Positions 44,101 through 54,689 of a stretch of 64,000 nt of DNA are shown in pieces. The position numbers and the translations under genes are program-made. Below the pieces are notes generated by a model. The model was not told where the DNA came from, did not search any database, and saw only the letters and a list, made by a program, of their open reading frames with translations. The DNA is from Sminthopsis crassicaudata. Its lineage: Eukaryota. Position 1 is the stretch's first letter. Every line of letters starts with the position of its first letter. Location of the stretch: the NCBI RefSeq assembly GCF_048593235.1, contig NC_133620.1:344425765-344489764 (forward strand), read 5' to 3'.

Positions 44101-44792
44101 AGCAGCGATGCCCATTACCACATGCTACCGCCTGGAAGGGGGGGAGGGACAGAATTCGTTGTCCAGGGGCAACAAGAGGAGAGACTACTAACCATTCCCT
44201 GCAGCCCCTTTCGGCCATCCCCACGCCCTCAGTCCTTACCTCTGGGTAGGGGCAGCAGCTGGAGTTCCCCCAAGGAGTGAAGACGCAGGAGAAGCCAGTG
44301 GGACAATGGGCATCTCCCTGGCACATGATGCCATGTTGTGCATTTTTTGCTACAGATATGGATGGCTGTGAATCCTAAGGAAGACGATGAGATGGGAGGG
44401 AAAAAAAACAAAAAAACAAAAAAAAGCAGGTATGGGAGGAGGCTTAGTTCCTTACTCTACAGGTCTCTCTCTAATTTCCTTCTCATACCCCCTACATCCA
44501 AGGGGCTAAGATGAGCAGGACTCTCACCAATGGGTCTGCCCAGTAATCTGAACTTGTGAGCAAGAAGCTGACAAAATAACTCTGGAGACCTGGGGAGCAG
44601 CCAAGGTTAGAAGGGATTAGCAACATCTTCCTGGGTACCAGGATGGGGACTCACCCAAGATGAATCACAGCAATGGTAACCTGTTCTTTCTGGTTGCCTG
44701 CAGCAGACCTTAGGACATAGCTGCCCATCAGGGCATTGAATTCCAGCCACCAGCCCCGTAACCAGGGTCAGCCAGCTCACCAGCTTCCACAT
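41000..44792 (-). CDS. GRN: Progranulin, 12 coding exons, 582 aa, paragranulin plus 7 granulin modules
   Basis: [17 protein letters not shown] signal peptide, repeated CC...CC granulin motifs, exons sum to 1749 nt, ends WTLL-stop. Confidence 0.98.
41210..41440 (-). CDS. GRN: GRN exon 12 (231 nt)
   Basis: [24 protein letters not shown]...WTCCPLEK. Confidence 0.95.
41622..41846 (-). CDS. GRN: GRN exon 11 (225 nt)
   Basis: [11 protein letters not shown]...[28 protein letters not shown]. Confidence 0.95.
42045..42269 (-). CDS. GRN: GRN exon 10 (225 nt)
   Basis: [17 protein letters not shown]...[11 protein letters not shown]. Confidence 0.95.
42405..42502 (-). CDS. GRN: GRN exon 9 (98 nt)
   Basis: [32 protein letters not shown]. 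Confidence 0.95.
42644..42770 (-). CDS. GRN: GRN exon 8 (127 nt)
   Basis: [27 protein letters not shown]...[11 protein letters not shown]. Confidence 0.95.
43022..43131 (-). CDS. GRN: GRN exon 7 (110 nt)
   Basis: [36 protein letters not shown]. Confidence 0.95.
43233..43377 (-). CDS. GRN: GRN exon 6 (145 nt)
   Basis: [26 protein letters not shown]... Confidence 0.94.
43451..43560 (-). CDS. GRN: GRN exon 5 (110 nt)
   Basis: [36 protein letters not shown]. Confidence 0.95.
44047..44131 (-). CDS. GRN: GRN exon 4 (85 nt)
   Basis: [28 protein letters not shown]. Confidence 0.94.
44240..44374 (-). CDS. GRN: GRN exon 3 (135 nt)
   Basis: [10 protein letters not shown]...[28 protein letters not shown]. 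Confidence 0.92.
44655..44792 (-). CDS. GRN: GRN exon 2 coding part (138 nt; exon starts at 44799)
   Basis: MWKLVSW...[12 protein letters not shown]...YHCCDSSW; 7-nt 5'UTR after the acceptor, as recalled for human. Confidence 0.95.
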
Positions 44793-45989
44793 CGTCCACC
44801 TGTCAGCCAAAATTAAGCCAAAGCTTAATTCAACCATAGGTTCTCTTTTATGCTCTCCAAGCACCCAGAACTCAAACCTTACATGAACAGTCACGATTCC
44901 TGAAGTATCAAGCAGGACACGGGACATAGTAGGGTTAGTGGGGGATAAAATCCAACTTCTACATACAGTCTTCTGTGGGGACATGAAGAGGACATCCTGA
45001 CACCTCTGTCAGGATCACAGACTGAAAGAAGTGACCTCAGAGGTCATCTGGTTTAACCCTTTATTTTACTGATGTAGATATTAAGGGGCTCAAGGATGCA
45101 GCCCAAGGTCTCCTATGTAGCCAGTGGCAGAGCTGGCCTTCAAACTTATCTCCTGGATCAAGCAGCTATAACCTAAACTCTGGGGAAGAGGGAAAAGGGA
45201 ATACGGTAAGAGGAAGTAGGGAGCCATCCAGATGGAAAGGTCCCCCAAAGGGAACCATTCCCCATTGCTAGCCTCATGCCTAGTAGTCTTTCTTGTTTAA
45301 ACTTGCTTCAAGGCTCTATTTTATTGAGGAAAGGCTCACATGATTATACCGGAAACAATGTGGTTGGAAAACTTTCAAAAAGGGAAGTACAAAGAGTCTG
45401 TGAGTCAAAGCTCTTCTTTCCCCACCAACCACATTCTCCTCACACCCCTCCCTCCAATCCTGAACAGGCCAAGGGTTAAAGAAGAGTTTATGCCCTAGTC
45501 CACATGTAACAAGCCTCTCCCAGCTCTCCCGCACTGCTCCACCTTCTGTACTGCCCTTGTGTCCATCTAGGATCTCTCTTCTCCAAGGCCTGTGGCGCCC
45601 AATCCCCAGCACTGAAATGTTGCCCCAATCTAGATTGAACCAGCTGCTTCTGAGTCTCTGATCGTCCCCCGCACCCTCCCCACCATGAGTCAGCAGAGGG
45701 AACTGAGTCTCATGTCAGTGTTACTGGCTCAGACTTGTTAGGTCATCTCTTTAAGTTCAAAGAGGAAAAAAAACTAATCTCAATAGAGTGGGGAGAGGTG
45801 GGAAGAAGGATTCTGGGGGTGAGATTAACTTCCCCAAAGGATGGAGAGATGCAGGGGCAGGAAATTCTTTAAGGGTTCCCTTGCCCAGCTCTGGATTAAG
45901 AGCCTATGGTGGAGATAAGGCTTTATGTTATTCTCACTGCACTGACAAGAAGTTGGGAAGTACTAGGGAACTTCTTTCCAAGATCATGA

Positions 45990-46230
45990 GTAGCTAGATG
46001 GCACAGTGGATAGAGCACCAGGCCTGGAGCCAGGAAAACGAGAGTTCAAATCCAGCTTCAGAAACCAACTAGTTGTGTGACCTTGGACAAGTTACTTAAC
46101 CCTGTCAGCCTCAGTTTCCTTATCTGTCAAATGAACTGGAAAAGGAAATGGCAAACCACTCCAGTGTCTTAGTCAAGGAAATCCCAAAAAAGGTCAGAAG
46201 AGTTGGGCGTGACTGAAAACAATGAAACAA
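45990..46230 (+). mobile_element. MAR1-type SINE in GRN intron 1
   Basis: Boxes A/B, CORE and ggaaaaggaaatggcaaaccactccag tail. Confidence 0.75.
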
Positions 46231-47853
46231 GTTTCTGACACAGAAGTTGGAAAGAGGCCAGATTCTTGCAATCTGAGATATGTTTCTGTTTTAATTCTAT
46301 CTCTAATTTCTCTAAATTTACCTGCCTCACCCCCTCCATCAATAATTGAAGGGGAGATGAGGGAATAGGGAAAAAAAAAAAAAATCAGGGCCACTAAGAC
46401 TAACAGCCAAAGAAAATGTGCCATCATCGTTTCCTGCCACAGATGAAATAGGGGTTTGAGAGGGGAGTAGAGCTTCAAGGTAGGTCTCTGAGGTTGCTAT
46501 CCTTCTTGCCCCTTCTCCCCCTCTTAGAGATCAAGTTTTCTTCAAAGCCAGGTATCCCCAAGTTGAGATGGGGGAGGGACAAGGAGAGATGAAGCCCTCC
46601 AAACCCAGCTTAGTTCAGTAGCTGGGACACTACAGTAGTAGTAAGCAGTCACAGTTAAACTCCACAAACTCCCAGGTATCACTTCATCCTTCTCTGCTCT
46701 GGTCATCACAGAAGTCACTTTGATGAGTCATGAAACTCATTTTCTCATCCATAACCCTTCTTCCCAGAAAAATCCAAAGCCTCCAGAGTCCAGCCTGTCT
46801 CCCCTCTGCTTCATTAACACTTGTCAGGTGTTCCATCTGCTTCTTTCTGCCTCTCTGAAAGTTAAGGTCTACACTGGGAGACACCTAAAACATTAAGTTC
46901 CCAGCCTCTACAAAATTATTTCCCCTAAGGGGACATGAAAGCTTTTACTGAACTAAATTGCTCCTCTCTCTTCCTCTTGGGACCTGAGGCCCTGCCCCAT
47001 ACAAGCCCAACCTCAGGCTCCTCCTAAAAAAAGCACAGAAGAAATACAACTGAGTTTGCAAAAAAGGAACGTGGGAGCTGTGTATATTGTACTGCACGGT
47101 AGCATGAAGGGAGTAATCACATTTTAGTAACACTAATTCCCAACCTCATCCCCCTTCCTTTTCCTATTTTTGCTTTTGTCAGCTCCAACTAAACGGACTT
47201 GCACACCAGGCTGTAAAATGGCATCGAGGAGGGTGAGCCACAGGCAAGGAAAAGTCATTAGCGAGTTGCTGAACGCTGACCCAGACTCCCAAAGGGTTTC
47301 AGTCCTTATTCAGTTTCTAGGAATGTAGGGAGCCACAAAGGGGAAGGGATGAAGGGAGACCTAGTCCTGCGGCTGTGCCAGGCTGCCCAAGGCTTAATTG
47401 TAGACCCAGTGACAGTCTCCTCACCCTTCTCCAGGGACAGGAGTGGGGGAGGGGAAACAGGTTCTCCACCACCTTCTTCCTGGTTCTGGGGACTCTGCCC
47501 TAGTAAGTCATGGCCAAGAGAAGCCCAGGAAAGAGTACACTGGGCTGGCACGGGGGAAGGTCCCCCGAAGATGCCAGGGTGCCTAGTTTAAAAGGAGGTG
47601 GGGGCCGGGACACTAACTTCGGAGGGATCTCGGAAGCACTCTCCCTTTCTTCCAGGGAAGGAAACCTCTGAGATCACCGCTCACCAGTAGCACCCCACTG
47701 GAGACTGAATCCTTAATAAGCCCTTCTTCCCAATTTCCAAGCATGGAGAGCCCATTAACCCCTCCCCCACTCCCCAAGCAAAGTCCCGCAGTCCGGGGTC
47801 CCCCACCTCAGGAAACGTCGGAGGTCGAGGGACGGCGGGTCAGCCCCGCTTAC

Positions 47854-47940
47854 CTGCGTGCACCCCTCACTGCCCAGGGCCACAAACTGCGGGGCCGCCG
47901 CACTCACACCGGACCCCGGCCGGATTTGGAGACTCCGACT
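47854..47940 (-). other. GRN: GRN non-coding exon 1 (3' boundary firm, 5' end approximate)
   Basis: Minus strand ...ggggtgcacgcag/gtaagc donor inside a CpG island; resembles the recalled human exon 1 end ggacgcag. Confidence 0.7.
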
Positions 47941-48205
47941 CCGCCCACCCCATTCCCTATTGGCCGAGAGCTCCGGGCCGCCCCACTGCCATTGGCTGCC
48001 CCATCCCCAGAGGGGCGAGAGAAACCGGACTCCCTCCTACCCCCGCCACCACCCCCATCCCACCCCCCAATTACCAGCGTGTCATGTGACGGCTTGGTCA
48101 CGTGATCTCTGGGCTGCCGGGGGTTCCGCGCGTGTTGGGGGAGGATCGGAGACTGTGATAATCCCCACCTACTGCCCATTTCCGAACTTGGACGTGTCGC
48201 GTGAC
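47941..48205 (-). promoter_or_regulatory. GRN: GRN promoter: GC boxes, two CCAAT boxes, CLEAR/E-box elements
   Basis: CCGCCC 47941 and 47978; ATTGG 47959 and 47991; GTCATGTGAC 48081-48090; GTCACGTGAT 48097-48106; GTCGCGTGAC 48196-48205. Confidence 0.75.
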
Positions 48206-49084
48206 CTCTCTGACCCTCCCCCCCCCCCCAGAAGTACTTTTTATCATCCATTTAGCTGATCCTTTGTACCTGGAGCCAGAAAAGGAAACTTGTAAGAGCA
48301 TCTGTTCCAAGCCTCCCCCGACCCCCACCTTTTACATAGCCGGGAAACTGAGGCCCAGAGAAATAAGGGATGTGCTGCCCCTCTGCCACCACCACAATCC
48401 TAGTGATAAATTCGGCGCTACTGGTGCGGACGCGGTGCGGAGCGCCGCACAGTCCCTCCTCGGGACCAACCCGGGAGGCGCGCGCTGCTCTGGTCCCCAT
48501 TTTACAGACGAGGTTAAGTGACTCCCCGCAGTCACAGCTGGCCTTTTCCTCTCAGTCCTGGAGTTCGCTGTATCCGCTGTGGCTATGACAGCCGCAGCTT
48601 GGGGTGTTCTAGAAGCAGGAGGGGAAGAAGGGATTTCTTTCATCTGTCCCAGCCCCCTCTGTCATGGGAGCGTGGGATGAGAGCTGCTCCAAGAGGAAAC
48701 AGCTTGTCCGGCCCTTGGAAAGTCAGCTGGGCGGAAAAGTTAGAACCTGGGAGGAGGCCAGCTTCGCCAGGGCGCAGAGAGCAGGGCCGGGGGACTGCCG
48801 GAGTACCAGGTTAAAGGTTAATTTTGTCAATATAAACGCAGTACCCCAAGCCAAAAGACTGGAGAAAGTGGAGACCATGGCTGCCTGATCTCTGCCCCCA
48901 GAGAGGGTGTTCCCTGTAAGAAACAAGCCCATCCTGCAAGGACAGCGTCCCACCGAGCTAGCAGAAAGCCACTGAAGAATGCAGGTGCACCTGGGTATTA
49001 AGTAGATGCCCATCATTTGGGGAAGGGCTGCAAAAGCTGTGGGATGGATTGGAAAATGCCATCCGAATCCTGAGAGAGAACTGT

Positions 49085-49360
49085 GGGGACTAAATAGATC
49101 GAAGCGTAGCATTTTCACCTTTTTTGTGTTTGTTTGCTTTTTCTTTCCTGTGTTTTTTCCCCTTTTGGGGCTGATTTTTCTTGTATAGCATGACAGATAT
49201 GGAAACATTTAGAAGATTTGTACATATTTATATCGAATTACTTGCTGTCTTAGGAAGGGGGAAGAGAGACGAAGAAAAAATTTGGAACACAAAGTCCTGC
49301 AGAAATGAATGCTGAAAACTATCCTTAAATATTTGGAAAATAAAATACTATTGAGGAAAA
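49085..49360 (+). mobile_element. L1 3'-end fragment
   Basis: Same family as 57450-57780. Confidence 0.65.
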
Positions 49361-49849
49361 GAAGTGACTAGACCTTGGAGCCTTGGACTGTCACAGCTAT
49401 GAGTTGCTTTGTACATTTATCATTCTTTACATCTGTCATTGACTCCAAACTGATCCCACTCTTTAGGATATTATATATATTTATGGAAATATGCATCCAC
49501 AGTTAATGGGAAGAGGGGATATTTTGTAACTATTATTCATATTATACCATCTCAGTAAAGCATTAGTGAAAAACTAATTATGGTTACTGGATGTCTTTTA
49601 ACAGAAGGCATTAGGACTGGAGTTTGTGAGTTTTAGTGTTAGAAGTGGGTACCCCTGGTAGTTGTTACTCTCCAGAAATCCAATTTAGGCATTTCAATTT
49701 GGAAGGTGTTACTGTTAAATTTCCTACTTTGGGATTTTTTTTTTTTTTTAACCCAGAAGGTAGGGAAATACTTCTGTATTTTGGTCCTCATTCAGGTTTT
49801 CCTAAGACAGCCTTCCTCCTAAGACATCTTGCCTCCAAGGTCATCTCTT

Positions 49850-50400
49850 TCATTCCCTAATGGTTCAAAATCTTCAGTGCATCATAAAAAATAAATCACC
49901 TGGCAGGAACAGATGCCAGACACTGAAATCTTTTCTCAAACTAAATTGCCAGGCATCCCAACTTTCTGCAGAGAATGCAACTTTGTTGCACTGACCACAT
50001 TGTTTGAATGACAAAAAGATTATGGAGAACTCATGTAGGGCAAGTGCTCATAAATTGATCAGAAAAAATTGATACAAGGATACTTTCAAGGAAACTCTTA
50101 AAAAAAACTTTACAACTTTGTATAACATGGGAGACACTGGCGCAGGACTGCCAGAAATGGTGTGTCAGAGAAGGTGCTAAGCAAAGCAGAATTCAATTAG
50201 CTCAGAAGAAATTCAAGATACACAAAGTTAGAAGGTATCCCAAATGTTCACCTGCAGAAAGCATTCTGAGCTCCCGAGTTAAGCCACAACTTGACTTTTC
50301 TCCAAATTTGTTTTTGCTTTTCTTACCTGGAGAGTGTCTGATTGTTTTTGTGGTCATTACTGTTCCACACGTGATCAACCAGATCAAAATCAGATCACAA
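49850..50400 (+). mobile_element. RTE-type LINE 3' fragment
   Basis: aaatcacctggcagga...ccagacactga...ttatggagaactc...catgggagacactggcgcaggac resembles marsupial RTE-1 from memory. Confidence 0.7.
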
Positions 50401-50495
50401 CCTGAGACTGTGTTGCTAGATAGAACTCCCTAAAACACTAACTTTATCAATCTCCTAGATTCAGTTGATACAGTTGAAACCCCAATAGTAGTAGA

Positions 50496-51125
50496 TGATG
50501 TGATCTATGATGTGAGGTTTGTCACCAAATGATGACAGGCACCAAAAGTTGGGGTTTAGTCATGTGAAGAATTCACAATGGCCATTCCCTTTAGCAAAGG
50601 GTAGATTTATTTAGGGAAATTGGTTACAGACTAAATGAAGGGGTACAATAGACACCAGAAATGGTAAATGTGAAATAGAGTTGGGAGAGCATATGAAAGA
50701 CAAGTTCCTCTGTGGAACTCACAGTAGAAAGGGAGCAGCCCATGAGGTTGATGTTTGCCCTTAGCTGGCAAGCGAAATCCTGAAAAGGACTTAGCCCCCT
50801 AAAAGTTGGCTATTAGGAGACGTTAGGTTGGGAAACAGTGGAATTAGGGAGATACCACATGGCATGGGGGAGGGGAAGAGAAAAGGCATCACAAAACAGT
50901 GCTGTGGCAGGAAGGTAGCAGCAAAGCCGTGGGCCATAAATTGTTTTATAGAGAAAATTTAGCCTCAGGGTCTTGATGTAACTTGGATTTCTGACTAGAT
51001 TACCTTTAGAAGATGGAATTAAGGAACTACACTGATCTCCATTATCAAAGTCATCTTCCTGCTTGCCTAAGAAATAACTTTATCAACTGCTCTGCAAATC
51101 ACAGCTAACATTGGAGATCTCATGA
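50496..51125 (-). mobile_element. Solo LTR (family A, copy 1) with 5-bp TSD GTAGA
   Basis: Ends tgatg...catga; flanks gtaga at 50491-50495 and 51126-51130; minus-strand AATAAA; homologous to 60691-61336. Confidence 0.75.
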
Positions 51126-51195
51126 GTAGAGACTCCAGTACTTTCCAAGAAATCCCAGGCCACCTGACTGGGAATGATTTTAGGAATATTGCTAT

Positions 51196-51867
51196 TGAGA
51201 ATGATGTGGCACAGCCTTGGGAAAAAAAAAGGGAATTTCACTAAGCTATTCTTCAAGGACGTCTGGTTTGTCATCCAAAAATCTGGACTGCTATCTTGCA
51301 CTAGGCTCACATTGAGTCCTTTCTTTGAGCACTTCTTACTTTCACGAGAAAGAAGGGGGTTATTGTTAGTCCCTATTGATGGGGGTTGAGGTCCCTTTAA
51401 GTGAGGATCTTTTGATTCACAAATCCTGGTCCCCCAGTGCCCACAGGATCTGAGCTAACTTGGGTTTTCCCAACCCTCATGGCTGACCTTTGATTTACAA
51501 ATCCTGGTCTTTGGGCCTGTCCCAGCCCCCACTGGATATGAGCCAACTTGGGATACCACCCACAAGCCCCTTTAGGTATAAAAAGACCCAAACTGGAGCT
51601 CTCTCTTTGCAGGAGCCCTTCCCCCCCAAACGTAGTATCCTTCTGGCCATGTAAGGGTTCCTGCCCGCCCAATGACCACCTCTGGCCCTGGCGTCTTTCT
51701 ACCTTTAACTTTACTTCCAAATCCCTACAATAAACCTTTTTATCAATCTAGGTTTTCAGGCCTGTAAATTCCTTTCATAGGGGACTCTGTGCCATCATGC
51801 AACTATCTTTGCACTGACCCAAAAGGGGGTTGAGTTCCCCTTCCCTAATTCTCCCTAACTCTCATCA
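51196..51867 (+). mobile_element. Solo LTR (family B) with 4-bp TSD CTAT
   Basis: TG...CA termini, TATAAAA near 51578, AATAAA near 51729, ctat on both flanks. Confidence 0.7.
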
Positions 51868-52387
51868 CTATTACCAAACTTTCCACCAGTCATGTGAACC
51901 CCAAACCCATAATGTCATATACCCCATTCTGTTCTTTGTTCTATACTCTCCAACTTCTAACAGTTTCCTTAATAAATTTACCTACTTACTCCTAACTTTT
52001 TGCTATCTTTCTCATTTGGAATTTGCCTTAATTAGCATTGCAATTATGTTAAAACTTGTCCAGAAGAATCTGAACTGAAAAACAAAACAAATTCTGCCCC
52101 TTGACTAGTCTTCAAAGCCTTCTAGCCTGTTTTCAAATTCTTTTGAGATATCTATGATTTCAGTCTGGAATCCCAATATTTGGGGATCTCTCTGAATATA
52201 ATCTCTTTATTTTTTTTTCTTTCTCTCTTTTTTTTAGTGACTTATCCAGAGTCACACAGCTAGCAAGTATTTAAGATCACATTTGAATCCAGATCCTCTT
52301 GATTTCAAGGTCAGTGATTTCTCTACTTAAGTCACCTAGCTGCTCCCATCTAACTGCTCTCCAAAGAGCCCAAAAGAAAAAGACCTA

Positions 52388-52551
52388 TAGGTGTCAAATT
52401 CAAGGCTTGACCCAGATTAAAATATAATAACAAAATTATAAAAATACATGGATATGTATATGTGTATCACATAGATAATATTAATTTGTGGTTTTCTGAG
52501 TCAATATGTGGCCCATGGGTTATCTATTTCTATTTAAATTTGACAACACTA
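52388..52551. mobile_element. Short hAT-like MITE
   Basis: Imperfect terminal inverted repeats tgtcaaatt...aatttgaca; no clear TSD. Confidence 0.4.
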
Positions 52552-54689
52552 TTTAGCTTTTCAATCAAGGCATTTCAGTTTGGTCTTAGTCTCTGGATAT
52601 CTCTCCCTCCTACCCAATATAACTAGCTAGTTCTAGGCATACTTTGTGGTCTGTTCTTGCCTACAAATCTTTGTTTAGTCCCTCCCCTTTCCTCTTCACC
52701 TTCCTTTTCCCCTTTCACCTCCATTACACACAACCAAAAGCCCTGTGCACTTTTGTGTTGCTTCCCCCCCAAAAGGCCTTCTGTGACTGAAATATTGTTT
52801 GTACTGTTCATTACGACAGCATTTTCTTCCCATCTCAACTATAAGTTCCTAGAGTTAGAATCCAATATTACTGTATTTAGAATTGGAGAGACTTGAGTAC
52901 AAAACCCACTTCTTTCTCTATGAAACTGTCATTTAATTTCTTTTAGCCTCAGTTTCCTCATCTTTAAATGAAGCAGTTCCACCAAATTAGCATCTGTGGT
53001 ACAACACTAAAACAATGACTGCAAATTCAAGGTGTCCAGACCTTAGGTTTGGTCATAATCCAAGCATCCGATGGAGTAAATGGAGATGCAATAAATGCTT
53101 TGGCAGGAGATCAAGAGCTCCAAGAGGAGGGGGAGGGTTAGGCTACAAGCCTTTGGTGTTTATCCAAGAGATCAGAGAGTGTTTCCTGGCATTTGAGCTG
53201 GACTTTGAAGGATGGGGAAGATTTGGAGAGGAGAGAAGAAATGTTCAAATAGCATGAATAGAGGCCCATGAACAAGAATTCATTTGGCTTGTGAAGAGAC
53301 CATTTAGACTCCAACTCTTTTTTTTTTTTTTTTTTTTGGGGGGGGGGGGGGGAAGAGACAGTGAGAGAAGTATATAACCAAAAACTAGAAATAAAACAAA
53401 AAGAAACTCCTGGCAGACCAAAGCAGATGTCCCTGGGTTTTAGGAAACTACAAGTCTAGAGCTGTAAGGGCTTTTAGAGATCCAGGCCAATTCCTGTCAT
53501 TATCCTGATGAGAACTGCAGTTCCAAGAGAAATGACTTATTCAAAATCATAGAACTGCTTGCTAAGTGACAGAGTTAAACCTTTAACTCTGGTCCTCTGA
53601 CACCAGAGCCAGTAAGTACTCTTTGCCTCTAGGCTGTCATTAAGAAAAATCCATCATGTTTACTTTAATATACTTGTATATTAGATTTGTTTTAAATTAG
53701 ATAATCTTATTTTACACTGCTGATTAGAAGCAGCAATTTAAAGAGATGTACTGAGCAAAAAGTATCAACCTGGCAAAGCAACCTCTTCTATGTGTCCCCT
53801 TTTTTCCTCTTCCCTGACCTAATCTCAGGTTTCTAGGTCCCTGGCAGGCAAGGTTGCCACCACCTCACTATGGCTCAACTGGCATCTGTGTCCCTTTCCC
53901 TATCACCTGTTCCCTTCACTGTTCCACCTTTTATATGGGCATCTCCTATGAGGACACTGCTATGGCCATCTGCTTCCCTGCTCATCTTAGTGGCCTTTCC
54001 CTGGGATACTTGTCAACTAGCTCAGATATGTGCTATCTTGGCTGCTTGGCACCTTCCTCAGAGTCCCTGGAATCTGCCTGATTGTTGTGTCTCTTAGTAT
54101 AATGACAGCAGCACAGCTACTTTAGAGGATGGGCAGAAATGGGCTGGTGTCTTAATTGGAAAGCATCCTAGCCATTTAAAATCCAGTGTTTGGTTTACTA
54201 AGAGCTTGTTCCTCTTTCTTGCTGAAGCTGGAGGACCTGTTAGAAGACTGGGCTTTCTCAGGCCTTATCATTCTGCCTTGGAAACTCTGAAGTGGCATGT
54301 TTTGATGTGGATGGATTGGTCTAGGGGAGCACCTGTGTTGGAAATCCACTATTACCACTGGCCCCTCCAAGGAAAGTCAAAGAAATCTTGTTCTCTTGCT
54401 TCCCTGCCTTAAATATACTGAAAAAAACAAAGAGCTGACATCAGAAGCTTATTTGATGGTTTCCAGCCTAAAGCTAAATACTTCCAGTTCCTTTCTTCTC
54501 CTAATTCTCTTTCTGTTTCTACTTTTGTCTATACCTTTCTCCTCCACAGAACTTATGTTCTTCAGACACCAGAGCTTAGTGGCTCTTCCACCTGGCATCA
54601 GAGAGACATCTGTATTGGTTACATCTTCCCTCACTTTCCCTTCTTCCCCTTTTAGTCTTCCAGTTTGCTATAAACAATCACTGCAGCCA

